This document shows positions 32,147-42,350 of a stretch of DNA of 64,000 bases, in pieces. Source of the stretch: Pseudomonadota bacterium. GTDB lineage: Bacteria; Bdellovibrionota; Bdellovibrionia; Bdellovibrionales; Bdellovibrionaceae. Positions within the stretch are counted from its first letter, which is position 1, and each line of letters opens with the position of its first letter. Below the pieces are notes generated by a model. That model did no database searches and was not told where the DNA came from. It saw nothing but the letters and a program-made list of their open reading frames with translations. The position numbers and the translations under genes are program-made. The stretch covers positions 1 through 64,000 of the forward strand of contig JBEGVH010000029.1 in the NCBI GenBank assembly GCA_041178425.1. Reading direction: 5' to 3'.

Positions 32147-33793
32147 TTAGTAACCTCCAACGGCTCCCTCTCCTCGGGAGTCATAAGCCGCTTCAAGCTC
32201 GCCTCCGGGTTGGCGTTTAATACCGTAAACCTTTGCGATGCCACCAAGATAATCAACTTGATGTCCTTTTTCTTTAAGACCTTTAACGGTCTCGGGAGTG
32301 AACCGATTTTTTTCAACCATGAGTCGATGAGGCCGAAACTGATGATGAACCCTTGGCGCTTGGATAGCCTGATCCATGTTGAGCCCGCTGACGAGCACGC
32401 GATAGAGCGTCTGAAAAACACCCGAAATAATACGCGGACCTCCTGGGGCACCAAGAGCTAACACCGTTTCTCCTTCTTTTTCGACGATCGTCGGACTCAT
32501 CGAACTTAAAGGGCGTTTACCGGGCTCAACGAGATTTCCCGAACCTTGAAAAAGACCAAATTGGTTGGCTTCGTTGGTGCGGGTTGTGAAATCATCCATT
32601 TCATTATTGAGAGCAATTCCATAATCGGTAGTAACAACTCCAGACCCATAGGTTCCATTGAGTGTTTCAGTGAGGCTCACCGTGTTTCCTAATTTGTCCA
32701 TCACAACAAAATGAGTCGTCTCCGTTGATTCTTTAATTTTGAATTCATCGCCTCCAAGTTCTTTTGTTTTGTTGAGGCTGATCGTTTTTGCCATAGAGTC
32801 GAGATGTTCGACTCCCAAAAGATGTTCTAGAGGATTTTTATGAAAGTCAGGATCTCCCAATAAAACTCTGCCTCTAAAAGCTCTCGACAGAATTTCTCCG
32901 AGCAGATGAAATTCTTCTACGCTATACATAGATTGTTTATCAACGCTCACGCGCTTGGCAATTTCTAGAGCAGATTGAATCACGACTCCGCCACTGCTGG
33001 GAGGCGGCATTAAATATATTGTATGATTTTTAAACTGAGTAACCATCGGACTTAGCCAACGAACTTTGTAGTTGGATAAGTCTTCGAGAGTCATAACTCC
33101 GCCTGCCCTGTTCACAGAGTCGACAATATCTTTCGCCACGGGTCCCCCATAGAAGCCTTGAAGATTTTTATCGCGAAAGGCCAGTAGGGCACGCGACAAA
33201 AACCATTGCTTCAAGATCTCACCTGGTTTGTACATCGATTTATCAACCTTTAGAAAATGCTTTTTTCCACCCTCATCAAATCGATTTTTTTCTTCTTGGG
33301 TGTATTCCACCCATTCGCCCGACACACGAAAACCCTCTTTACTGAACTTAAGGGGTTCTGCAAATAGGGCACGCCATTTTAATTTGCCATATTTTTTATG
33401 AAGCTCCCACAGACCGGCCGGTAAACCCGGCACACCCACGGCTGAGCCGCCAGTGATGGCGGCCTCCTTGGATTTTTGCGAGTAAAATTCTTTATGCGTA
33501 GCTTGTGGCGCCATTTCACGAAAATCCAGAGCCTCCACCTTCTTGTCCATTTTAACAAGGGCAAACCCTCCACCACCAAGAGATGCAAAATAGGGACTTG
33601 TCACAGCCAAAGTTAGTCCCACCGCCACGGCCACATCCACAACGTTTCCACCGGCTCGGGCCACTTGTTGACCCACTTCCACGGCATAGGGAGACGGCGC
33701 AGAGATGAGGATTTCGGTTCCTTTGAAGGGTATGGCCCACGAAAAATGAAACGTAGAAACGATCGTCGCAACTAAAGAGAATCTTTTTATCAT
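32147..33793 (-). CDS. ggt: Gamma-glutamyltransferase
   Basis: GGNVVD.AVA, SLGGGGF, DFREMAP, PPPSSGG, ETTHF (Thr nucleophile), LNNEMDDF, PGKRPLSSMSP, GAPGG.RI. Confidence 0.96.
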   Translation of the reverse strand: MIKRFSLVATIVSTFHFSWAIPFKGTEILISAPSPYAVEVGQQVARAGGNVVDVAVAVGLTLAVTSPYFASLGGGGFALVKMDKKVEALDFREMAPQATHKEFYSQKSKEAAITGGSAVGVPGLPAGLWELHKKYGKLKWRALFAEPLKFSKEGFRVSGEWVEYTQEEKNRFDEGGKKHFLKVDKSMYKPGEILKQWFLSRALLAFRDKNLQGFYGGPVAKDIVDSVNRAGGVMTLEDLSNYKVRWLSPMVTQFKNHTIYLMPPPSSGGVVIQSALEIAKRVSVDKQSMYSVEEFHLLGEILSRAFRGRVLLGDPDFHKNPLEHLLGVEHLDSMAKTISLNKTKELGGDEFKIKESTETTHFVVMDKLGNTVSLTETLNGTYGSGVVTTDYGIALNNEMDDFTTRTNEANQFGLFQGSGNLVEPGKRPLSSMSPTIVEKEGETVLALGAPGGPRIISGVFQTLYRVLVSGLNMDQAIQAPRVHHQFRPHRLMVEKNRFTPETVKGLKEKGHQVDYLGGIAKVYGIKRQPGGELEAAYDSRGEGAVGGY

Positions 33794-34093
33794 GGTAGAG
33801 CACTCCTTTGCCATTAACCTTTCTCATCTTACTGAAGGGTTTCAGAATTGAGTAGAAAAAGCCCTTTTAGCTCGACCCCGACCTTTATCCTCATCGCGCA
33901 TCCCCTAAGGCGTCTCGACCCAGGAGTTCCACTCCGTTCAACAGACTTTGAGAAGAAATGCCCCCTTTGTCGTCGATCGGATGATTAATTTTCTCCTCCT
34001 CTCCATGAGATGCAGCGCGGAAGAGGAATTCCTGTTGAAAGCCAATATCGACAATGCTGTTAATCGCTAACGGATAAATAAGTGGGGGTTAGT

Positions 34094-34900
34094 ATGATAA
34101 AATATTTATTTTCTGCAGTTCTTTTATTCTCTAGTTTTTCGTGGGCATCTAAGTGTGACAACCCACTCATGAAGGATGAAATTTGCTTCAAGATGCGACA
34201 CTTGCGAAGTCAGGTCATGGCTCTCGGTGCCCAACGCGAACTGATGCAAATCAACTACCCTTATTTGGCCATTCTCGGCCAAGAAGTATTAGAATTATCA
34301 AAAACCATCAATCCAACAACGGCGGCCGAAATGGGTCACCCCGAGGGCCTCGAGGGCCTAAAAATGGGATCACAGTCATTGCTTGATCTTGCTAGTGATA
34401 AAGATCCTCTCGCTCTGGCGGCGGCTAACACTCTTCAGAAAAAATGCTCGACTTGCCACTCGCAAACCGGACCAGGTTCAGGCAGTCACAGCTGGGATAA
34501 AATTTTTAAACATGATTGGGATCAGGTGACTAAAAATTGTAATCGCGAAGGTCGGAATCCTTACCTCTGCAAAAGCATGAACGGAATGCTGTCTGCTTTC
34601 GCTTCAGTGATTACTGCGAACAACTTAGACCTCAAAAGTTTTTCTAGCCTCCAAATGAGTGCAGAAGAAATCGCACGCATCGCTGCTGACTTAAAAGCGA
34701 AAGGACTTCTTCATGGCTCAGAAGCAATAATGACCGACGTCCAAGCAAAAGCGCTTCAAACAGCGAGTCTCGCTCTGGCGAATAACCCAGAAGCCTTTGA
34801 AGTGGCCCAGGGAATAACCAAAGGTTGTTTAGAGTGCCACGCGGGGCAACTTATGAGTGCAAACGCGAGCCAAAAGTTGAACTTTAAGTCATTAAGATAG
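34094..34900 (+). CDS. Secreted di-heme c-type cytochrome (two class II/c'-like repeats)
   Basis: Signal peptide; CSTCH and CLECH, each at the end of a ~125-aa helical repeat. Confidence 0.75.
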   Translation: MIKYLFSAVLLFSSFSWASKCDNPLMKDEICFKMRHLRSQVMALGAQRELMQINYPYLAILGQEVLELSKTINPTTAAEMGHPEGLEGLKMGSQSLLDLASDKDPLALAAANTLQKKCSTCHSQTGPGSGSHSWDKIFKHDWDQVTKNCNREGRNPYLCKSMNGMLSAFASVITANNLDLKSFSSLQMSAEEIARIAADLKAKGLLHGSEAIMTDVQAKALQTASLALANNPEAFEVAQGITKGCLECHAGQLMSANASQKLNFKSLR

Positions 34901-34921
34901 TCTGATCTCTTTTTTAAGAGC

Positions 34922-34959
34922 AAAGATAGGGCCGCAAAATCATTGTAGGCCTTATCTTT
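34922..34959. terminator. Probable bidirectional terminator between convergent genes
   Basis: AAAGATAGGGCC...GGCCTTATCTTT imperfect inverted repeat. Confidence 0.55.
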
Positions 34960-36191
34960 TACTTAACAGACAATCCATCTTTCAGAGCCGTCCGATAAAC
35001 TTTCCACGCAGGAACAAAACCCATCATACAACCCAAAACGGCCACACCCAACAAAGACATCCAGTCTGATCCGATGGATCCTCCCGATTCAAGGAATAAG
35101 CCATATTTTTCTTTAACCCAATCTTGGGCCACAAAAATAATTAGAATTTGCAAAAGTAATCCAAGGGCTAAAGATAAAAAAGTAATCAGCGAGGATTCGA
35201 GCACAAGCAGACTGGCCAATTGAAAAGGGCTTCCTCCGAGGGCTCTTAAAATTGCCATCTCTCTACGACGCTCATTTAGAGTTGCCATTAAAATACTGAC
35301 CATCGACAGCAAGCTAACACCAAGAATACAAAAACCCAACAAACGCAGAGCCTTTTCAACGTAAGAGAGCGTTTGCCAGAGCTCGTTCACCACCACCGAT
35401 GGAATCACGGCCGATAATGGCTCCGTTTTAAAGTTATTGATTTCTCTTTGAAGATTAAGCACATCTATTCGATTTTTTAATTTAAGAAAAAAGGCCGTCA
35501 ATTCGTGATCATGGGCATGATGATGATCACCCTCTTCCTCCTCCTTACTCTCTTCATGAAGAGTTTCTAAACTCTCTAAACTGACAAAAAGGGATTGATC
35601 GATGATAGTGCCAGTTGGCCTCAATAAACCGACCACTTTAAAAGGGTGATCATCATGATGAAGCATCCCAACGTCACGAGTTACACCATGATCGATTATC
35701 ACTTTTTGACCTAAACGATAACCGAGAGTGCGAGCCACTTCGGAGCCAATCGTCACTTCGAGAAGGCCTGTCCCCCAAGCCCCTTCCATCATTTCAAGTC
35801 CGAGTTGCCCCTGGTAATGATAGTGACGAAAAAAATCTTCGCTCGTTCCCACAACTCGAAATCCACGATGACCGTCGCCCAGAGAAAGGGGTATCGTCCA
35901 TTCCACTGAAGGATGATTTTTCCAATGGTCAAAAGTGGATTCTTTTATATTATTGGCAAATGTGCCTCGATTGAACACCGTCGCAAGAATTAAATTCGTT
36001 GGTCCCGTTCTTGCCCCAACAATAAGATCAGTCTGACTGATCGTTTGCGTAAATCCTTTTTCGGTGGCGAGCCTCACCTTCTCAACACTAAGAATCAAAA
36101 ATAAACTGAGCGACAAAGACAAGACCGTAAGACCCACCGTTTGTTTTCGATGGGCCAAGGACTTAAAAGCAAGAGAAAGGAATGTCTTCAT
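34959..36191 (-). CDS. ABC transporter permease, MacB/FtsX family (ZrgC-like), with a His-rich loop
   Basis: TDLIVGARTG, WTIPLSLGDGHRGFRVVGT, ERRREMAILRALG; HEESKEEEEGDHHHAHDHE. Confidence 0.88.
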   Translation of the reverse strand: MKTFLSLAFKSLAHRKQTVGLTVLSLSLSLFLILSVEKVRLATEKGFTQTISQTDLIVGARTGPTNLILATVFNRGTFANNIKESTFDHWKNHPSVEWTIPLSLGDGHRGFRVVGTSEDFFRHYHYQGQLGLEMMEGAWGTGLLEVTIGSEVARTLGYRLGQKVIIDHGVTRDVGMLHHDDHPFKVVGLLRPTGTIIDQSLFVSLESLETLHEESKEEEEGDHHHAHDHELTAFFLKLKNRIDVLNLQREINNFKTEPLSAVIPSVVVNELWQTLSYVEKALRLLGFCILGVSLLSMVSILMATLNERRREMAILRALGGSPFQLASLLVLESSLITFLSLALGLLLQILIIFVAQDWVKEKYGLFLESGGSIGSDWMSLLGVAVLGCMMGFVPAWKVYRTALKDGLSVK

Positions 36192-36874
36192 TTTACTACT
36201 CCAGAAAGGTCGCGATTAAGTTCCGAAAAAGGAATGCAACGGTCAAAAAGCGGCTCGAGGCTTCTATCATGCGAAACAAAAATGACCGTTGTTCCAACCT
36301 CTTTAGCTAATTCAAACAGGAGCTGCAGAAAGCTCTCGCGATTCTCGGAATCGAGAGACGAGGTCGGCTCATCAGCCAGAAGAATTGCGGGTTTACCAAG
36401 GAGTGCTCGCGCTACTGCAACCCTCTGTTGCTGACCCACACTCAGATTTTGAACCGATCGATCGATCAAATCCACGAGTCCCAAACGCTCAATGAGGCGC
36501 TTTTGCCATCCTTGAAAATTTTTGATGGTCTTTCCCGTGAGGTGGATCGGAAGTTCTATATTTTCTATGACCGTTAAATAAGGAAGTAGGTTAAAAGTCT
36601 GAAAAACATAGCCTATGTTTTGTGCACGGAACTGATCTCGCTGGGAGTTTGATAAACCGAGTAAATCAACACCGGCCACCTTCAAAAATCCCTTTTGGGG
36701 TTCCAAAACCCCACTTAGAACTTCGAGTAATGTGGTTTTACCAGAGCCACTAGGCCCGTAAATAAAAACCTTTTGCCCCGGTAGCACTTTAAGCTCCGAG
36801 ATGGACAAGGCCGGGGACAGACCCCCAGAATACGTAAACTCCAAATTCTTGATTTCAATAGTATTGTCAGCCAC
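36188..36874 (-). CDS. ABC transporter ATP-binding protein (LolD/MacB-like)
   Basis: GPSGSGKTT, LSVGQQQRVAVARAL, LADEPTSSLD, VSHD. Confidence 0.95.
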   Translation of the reverse strand: MADNTIEIKNLEFTYSGGLSPALSISELKVLPGQKVFIYGPSGSGKTTLLEVLSGVLEPQKGFLKVAGVDLLGLSNSQRDQFRAQNIGYVFQTFNLLPYLTVIENIELPIHLTGKTIKNFQGWQKRLIERLGLVDLIDRSVQNLSVGQQQRVAVARALLGKPAILLADEPTSSLDSENRESFLQLLFELAKEVGTTVIFVSHDRSLEPLFDRCIPFSELNRDLSGVVK

Positions 36875-37024
36875 CCTTAAAACCCTCCTTTTTTAAATTA
36901 CGTCCAACCCAATGATATTTCTAGTCAAAACCTCATGAATGCGATAGAAATCAGGATCTTATATTTTACCGTTGACACTCGGAGGCAATCGAGTTCATTT
37001 GGTACCTATTCGGAGGCTAATTTC

Positions 37025-37414
37025 ATGGTTACTTTTCTCACTGTGTTGCACGTTATTATTACTGTTTCTTTGATTTTCCTCGTTTTGATTCAAGATTCAA
37101 AAGGCGGCGGAATGGGTGCTTTTGGTGGCGGCGGGAATTCTAATTCCGTGCTTGGTGCAACAGGAGCAACAACATTAGCGGCTAAATTAACTCAATGGTT
37201 TGCGGTCGCTTTTGCTGTCAGCTGTATTGCCCTGGCGATGTCAACAACCAGAGGCAAAAAGTCAGTCGTCGACGATATGGCACCAGTACCACCACCTCCG
37301 ACAATGGCGGCGGGAGTGGCAGCAACAGCAACACCATCTCCAACCAGCTCACCAACTCCCGAAGCTCCTGCTGCGGGCACGACCTCGGAACAGAACTCGA
37401 CTCAACAAAAATAG
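37025..37414 (+). CDS. secG: Preprotein translocase subunit SecG
   Basis: LIFLVLIQDSKGGGMGAFGGG..S.LGATGA.T...KLT, two TM helices, Pro/Thr tail. Confidence 0.93.
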   Translation: MVTFLTVLHVIITVSLIFLVLIQDSKGGGMGAFGGGGNSNSVLGATGATTLAAKLTQWFAVAFAVSCIALAMSTTRGKKSVVDDMAPVPPPPTMAAGVAATATPSPTSSPTPEAPAAGTTSEQNSTQQK

Positions 37415-37455
37415 GGCTCGTGACATTAACGTAAAAGCCGGCTCATAATGAGGAC

Positions 37456-38364
37456 ATGGGTGAAAATCAGTCCTCAAAAACATGGTTCTTTGTGTTATCC
37501 GGCTTAGCGGTCTTTTGTCTTGGTTTTTTCTGGCCATCCCTCTTCACTTCATTGAAGCCGGCCTCTCCTCTTGCCATTGTTGTTTCATCCAAAGGAACAA
37601 CCGAATGGATTTCTCGACAAAGCATTCAAAAGGCAAAACCAAAAAAATCATTGAGCCTCTCACTGAATGAATCCCTTGCTACGGGCACTGACGGAGAACT
37701 GATTGTACGCTTTAAAAAAGGGGCCGAGATTAAATTACTCCCAAGCACCTTTATCACCCTCATAAAAAAAGCCAATGCCACACTGATAGCCATTCGCCGC
37801 GGCAGCCTCGAAGTGATCAAAGAGGGTGAGGCCGGATCCATTTTTGTTGCTCAGAACGGACGAGATCATACCATGAGAGATTATCAGCCACAGCAAATTG
37901 AGGAATCACTTGAAATCGACTCTCAATCGCTCAGTGCCAATAGAGCGGTCGATACTACAGACAGCGATAGTGCGGAATCAGCGATTCCAAAAGAAACTGC
38001 TTCTAAAATCCAATCAGAATCTTTAATGGGGTCTATCGAGAAGGCTAATAAAGACGCTCAACATCAAGTGCGAAAAATGATCGCTGATCGCATTGGCGCC
38101 AAGAAAAATCATCTTTTTCGATGCTACTCCAACCTCATTCAAAAACAGAAAAAAGCGCACGGCAGGCTCGATGTTCACTTTGTTGTAAACAATCAAGGTA
38201 AGATCAAGGATCCGACGATCATCAACGCCGAGATCAAGGACCCCAAATTTCAAAAATGTCTCGTTCAAATTATACAAAGAACTGAATTTCAACCCTTCGA
38301 AGGTCAATCAGTATCGACACTTCTTCCTTTACGCTTTGAAAAGAATTTGAATACTGTTCAATAA
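37456..38364 (+). CDS. Membrane-anchored FecR-like + AgmX/PglI (TonB C-terminal-like) domain protein
   Basis: N-terminal TM; TGTDG.L.VRF..G..I.L; C-terminal RCY...GRLDV.F.V...G.I...FQKCL....RTEF.PF.G..V....PLRF. Confidence 0.75.
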   Translation: MGENQSSKTWFFVLSGLAVFCLGFFWPSLFTSLKPASPLAIVVSSKGTTEWISRQSIQKAKPKKSLSLSLNESLATGTDGELIVRFKKGAEIKLLPSTFITLIKKANATLIAIRRGSLEVIKEGEAGSIFVAQNGRDHTMRDYQPQQIEESLEIDSQSLSANRAVDTTDSDSAESAIPKETASKIQSESLMGSIEKANKDAQHQVRKMIADRIGAKKNHLFRCYSNLIQKQKKAHGRLDVHFVVNNQGKIKDPTIINAEIKDPKFQKCLVQIIQRTEFQPFEGQSVSTLLPLRFEKNLNTVQ

Positions 38365-38386
38365 CGATTTAAAGTCCGACGCCAAG

Positions 38387-39079
38387 ATGTCGTCGATAAA
38401 TCCGTACTATACATTCAACTACTCCCAACCAGAAGAATATCGATTTTCTCATGACTCTGTTTTTTTAGCGCGACAAGTTTTTGAACTTTTTAATCGAGAG
38501 CAAATCAACAATTTGCGAATCTTGGATCTTTGTGCTGGATGTGGGATTATTGGCTTAGACTTTCTCTTTCATGCCAAAAAGGAATTAGACGCTTATCCAA
38601 TCAGCGTTGATTTTTTGGAAATCCAAGAAGTCTACCAATCTCACTTCGACGCCAACCGCGCCCATCTGGACCAATCACCTACAAAGATTCGCTTTATCCA
38701 ATCCAATTACGATGCGCTCCTTCAACCGCCCTACGAAGCACACTACAACCTGATTCTCTGTAATCCACCGTATTTTTTTCCAGACAAAGGACGCCCTTCC
38801 CCTTCGCCCTTCAAAAATCGTTGTCGATTCTATATCGATTCGGATTTTGAACATTTAATAAAGGGAATCACCCATTGTCTTGCAACGCCCGGACAAGCTT
38901 ATGTTCTTTTAAGAGATCTACCTCAGCACGGATGGAACCCCCTCAACGAAGCAAAAAAAATCGTTAAGGATTGTTGTGAAATTCAACTGCTCGGCGACAT
39001 TCGCGGAACACATTTGATTAAACTATCGAAAACGAGCGCCTGGGATCAAAGTGCACTATCACGGAGTCGTAATTGTTGA
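38387..39079 (+). CDS. SAM-dependent methyltransferase (TrmN6/YfiC-like)
   Basis: YSQP..YRFS.DS, LDLCAGCGIIG, LILCNPPYF. Confidence 0.82.
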   Translation: MSSINPYYTFNYSQPEEYRFSHDSVFLARQVFELFNREQINNLRILDLCAGCGIIGLDFLFHAKKELDAYPISVDFLEIQEVYQSHFDANRAHLDQSPTKIRFIQSNYDALLQPPYEAHYNLILCNPPYFFPDKGRPSPSPFKNRCRFYIDSDFEHLIKGITHCLATPGQAYVLLRDLPQHGWNPLNEAKKIVKDCCEIQLLGDIRGTHLIKLSKTSAWDQSALSRSRNC

Positions 39080-39156
39080 GGGATCTCATTTTGAATCTTT
39101 AAATGGCTTATGGAAAAGTTCTCCCAGAGTTCAACAAAAAGGGGAGAAACACCAAC

Positions 39157-39420
39157 ATGGACATCTGTGAAGTTTGCGGAAACCAATATGAAAAACCAAT
39201 CGAAATTAAGATGGCTAATGAATCCATCACTCATCACTTTGATAGCTTCGAGTGTGCCATTCATCAATTAGCTCCACGGTGTCAAGCCTGCGGCGTGCGA
39301 GTTTTGGGTCACGGTGTAGAGGTGGCAAACTCCATTTTTTGTGGCGCTCATTGTGCCCGGCTCAAGGGTTACTCTCACCTCGTCGATCACGTTGATGTAG
39401 AGTTAGCTCTCGGTAACTGA
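39157..39420 (+). CDS. Small Cys/His-rich metal-binding protein (prokaryotic metallothionein-like)
   Basis: CEVCGN.Y, FDSFECAIH.LAP.CQACG...GHGVE....FCGAHCA. Confidence 0.8.
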   Translation: MDICEVCGNQYEKPIEIKMANESITHHFDSFECAIHQLAPRCQACGVRVLGHGVEVANSIFCGAHCARLKGYSHLVDHVDVELALGN

Positions 39421-39439
39421 GTTCGGTTGGAGGGACAAC

Positions 39440-40774
39440 ATGCAGCTCTTCAAAAACAGATTAGAGGCAGGAAAAATCCTTGCGCAACGATTAGGAAGTC
39501 AAACATGGGACAACACTTGCGTCCTCGGGCTACCACGCGGGGGAGTGCCTGTCGCCATCGAAGTATCAAAACATCTTAGTCTCCCAATGGACGTTCTTAT
39601 CGTTAGTAAAATTGGAGCCCCCTTTCACCCCGAATATGCAATTGGGGCAATCGCCGAGGACGAAAAACCACTTTGGAATAGCGAAGCCCTCGATACGCTT
39701 TCAATACCCAAGGAAACGAGAGACAACCTGGTAGAAAAACTGCGCGAAAAAATAAGAAAGCGCATCCTTCTCTGGCGTCCACAGCCCCGATTTGAGATTC
39801 GAGGAAAAACGATCATTCTGGTTGATGACGGCCTAGCTACAGGGCTTACAATGAAGGCTGCGATTCATTATCTACGACAACATCATGTGGCATCGATTGT
39901 CGTCGCTGTTCCGGTGGCACCACTGTCATCAAAACTCGATTTCCAAAATCAATGCGACCAATTCATCGCTCTTAAGTGGCCGAGTTCCTTTTCGGCCGTC
40001 GGTGAATGGTACGAAGATTTTTCTCAAGTTGAAGACGATACCGTCACGGAACTACTAAAAAGCTATACACCGAACTCGCCAAAAGAACGTTCAATAGAGA
40101 TTCCAACTTCTCAGGGAGATCTCCACGGCATCATGAGAGTGCCACACTCGGCGCAAGGACTCATTCTTTTTGCTCATGGCAGTGGAAGTTCCCATAGGAG
40201 TCCAAGAAATCATAAAGTTGCACACGAACTAAATAAGATTGGTTTTGCCACCCTCCTATTTGACCTCCTCACGCCGGTGGAGGAAAACGAACGGAGCAAT
40301 GTCTTTAATATTGAACTTCTGAGTGACCGGCTACGCATCGCCACCGATTGGGCGAGACAACAGCCTGATCTTACCCATCTTCCGATTGCTTATTTTGGTG
40401 CTAGCACTGGCGCTGCTGCGGCGATTGTCGCTGCATCAAAAGACAAAGATGTTTTTACCGTCGTCAGTCGAGGGGGACGGCCCGATTTAGCAATCAGATA
40501 TTTAAACGACATTCAATGCCCAATCCTTCTTATCGTCGGAGGAAAAGACTCTGATGTGCTTAAACTTAACCGCGAAGCCAAGCTTCAACTGAGAAACTCC
40601 TCGATTGTTGTGATTCCCGGGGCCGGACACCTTTTTGAGGAACCAAATGCTCTCGATCATGTGACTCAGCAAGCATCCAACTGGTTTTTGAAGATTGTGC
40701 GTCAAAAAAACAGAATCATTTTTCAAAACAAGACTCCTCGCGAAGCTCAGGCGCCCGCTACGCGTTCACAATAA
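39440..40774 (+). CDS. Phosphoribosyltransferase fused to a dienelactone-hydrolase-like alpha/beta hydrolase
   Basis: LGLPRGGVPVA, LVDDGLATG; FAHGSGSS..SPRN, YFGASTGAAAA, VSRGGRPDLA, GHLFEE. Confidence 0.9.
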   Translation: MQLFKNRLEAGKILAQRLGSQTWDNTCVLGLPRGGVPVAIEVSKHLSLPMDVLIVSKIGAPFHPEYAIGAIAEDEKPLWNSEALDTLSIPKETRDNLVEKLREKIRKRILLWRPQPRFEIRGKTIILVDDGLATGLTMKAAIHYLRQHHVASIVVAVPVAPLSSKLDFQNQCDQFIALKWPSSFSAVGEWYEDFSQVEDDTVTELLKSYTPNSPKERSIEIPTSQGDLHGIMRVPHSAQGLILFAHGSGSSHRSPRNHKVAHELNKIGFATLLFDLLTPVEENERSNVFNIELLSDRLRIATDWARQQPDLTHLPIAYFGASTGAAAAIVAASKDKDVFTVVSRGGRPDLAIRYLNDIQCPILLIVGGKDSDVLKLNREAKLQLRNSSIVVIPGAGHLFEEPNALDHVTQQASNWFLKIVRQKNRIIFQNKTPREAQAPATRSQ

Positions 40775-40854
40775 CTAATTTGGGTTTGACATTGACCTCA
40801 ATCAACTCCGTTCCTAACATGAATCTATCACCATTGTTTTTTGGAGATTCACGG

Positions 40855-41853
40855 ATGGATCGCAATGTCTTCAAACAATTACTCATCGCTTTTTGTGGCG
40901 TTCTACTCATTGGGACTCTTGGCTATAAAATCGTTGAAGATTGGTCGCTGATTGATTCTTTTTTTATGACGGTCATCACCATTACGACCGTTGGGTATCG
41001 CGAAATTGGCGGCGAACTCAGTACACCAGGAAAGATTTTTACGATCTTTCTCATTTTTGCTGGCTTTGGAGTTGCGGCCCTTGCCCTTTCTCATTTTACC
41101 TCATCTATTTTACGCGGAGAACTGAACAATATTGTAGGGAGACTTCGAATGCGAAAAGAAATCGAATCAATGAAGGGTCATTACATCATTGGAGGCTTTG
41201 GCAGAACGGGGCAAGTCATTGCCAATAATTTTAAAGTAAAAAAAATTCCCTACGTTGTTATCGATAACGATGATAAAAGTCTTAGAACTCTCGATGAGGC
41301 TCATATACCCTATGTGATAGGCGATGCAGGAGATGAAGAGGTTCTAAAAAAAGCAGGCATCGACCGCGCCAAAGGTTTTGTAGCTGTGGTTTCATCGGAT
41401 GCAAACAATGCCTTTGCCATCATGACGGCACGAACTCTCAATACAAATTTAAACATCATTGCCAGAGCACTCGATATTCACAGTGTAAAAAAACTCAAAA
41501 TGGCAGGGGCTAATAAAGTTATTGCGCCCTATCAGTTGGGTGGATCAAGAATTGCTCAGGCTGTTGCGCACCCCCACTCCTCAGACTTTATTGATATCAT
41601 TGAAAACGTAGAAGCCCAGCACATTGAAATGGCCGATCTGCCCGTCTTACAAATGGGACCCTTTGCCGGAAAAACGGTCGGTGATCCCTTTTTTCATCGT
41701 TATGATATTATTGTGATTGGCATAAAAAAGAATGATGGAACCTTTGTGTTTCATCCAAAACCAGAACATTCACTGAAGCCCCATGATCATCTGATCGTCA
41801 TGGGGCCCACACGCAGTATCGAGGAACTCTTCTCAATGGCGCAAGCCACTTAG
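40855..41853 (+). CDS. Potassium channel protein (2TM pore + RCK/TrkA-N/C)
   Basis: TITTVGYRE pore, GGFGRTG Rossmann fold, GDA.DEEVL..AGI, TrkA-C. Confidence 0.92.
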   Translation: MDRNVFKQLLIAFCGVLLIGTLGYKIVEDWSLIDSFFMTVITITTVGYREIGGELSTPGKIFTIFLIFAGFGVAALALSHFTSSILRGELNNIVGRLRMRKEIESMKGHYIIGGFGRTGQVIANNFKVKKIPYVVIDNDDKSLRTLDEAHIPYVIGDAGDEEVLKKAGIDRAKGFVAVVSSDANNAFAIMTARTLNTNLNIIARALDIHSVKKLKMAGANKVIAPYQLGGSRIAQAVAHPHSSDFIDIIENVEAQHIEMADLPVLQMGPFAGKTVGDPFFHRYDIIVIGIKKNDGTFVFHPKPEHSLKPHDHLIVMGPTRSIEELFSMAQAT

Positions 41854-42350
41854 GGCTGCCGTGCCAATCGACGATCAAGCCTCGACCAGCCAAAGAGATG
41901 ACCCAACAACACAAGACTCAGCCCTCCCAGGATGAGTTCTGTGTTGTGCTGCCAAACACCATAGAGCATGGGAATCAAGCCCGCCACTTGAACAACAAGA
42001 TTTACTGGATGCAGATGAAGAAGCGCCACCTTACCGAGCGTTGTTTGTGCCAACAACTGCGGATCACACTGCCACACGCTGACGTAGGCTATGGCCCTAA
42101 AAAATACCACGACAGAAAGCGCCATGACCCAGTCTTGCTGGGCAAGAAAATAAATCATCCACAGTCCCCCAACGGCATTAATGAAGAGACTGCGCGGATG
42201 ACTCCTTCGGACAATCAAGCGCTCAGTAGCACTGAGATTGGGCCAAGGCACTGATTCCCCGCGAGGGGACGACGTGGCCTTAATGAGAGATGACTCGCGC
42301 CGCTGTTGATTTTCTAGCTGCTGTTTAAATTCAAGATCTAGATTACTCAT
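41850..42350 (-). CDS. Hypothetical membrane protein
   Basis: GGAGG RBS; about four hydrophobic segments; repeated HP motif. Confidence 0.7.
   Translation of the reverse strand: MSNLDLEFKQQLENQQRRESSLIKATSSPRGESVPWPNLSATERLIVRRSHPRSLFINAVGGLWMIYFLAQQDWVMALSVVVFFRAIAYVSVWQCDPQLLAQTTLGKVALLHLHPVNLVVQVAGLIPMLYGVWQHNTELILGGLSLVLLGHLFGWSRLDRRLARQP

Noticed and set aside
33830..34080. Possible structured RNA upstream of ggt (TTCAACAG...CTGTTGAA)
   Set aside because: Only an 8-bp complementarity about 90 nt apart; no recognisable riboswitch or 6S features.
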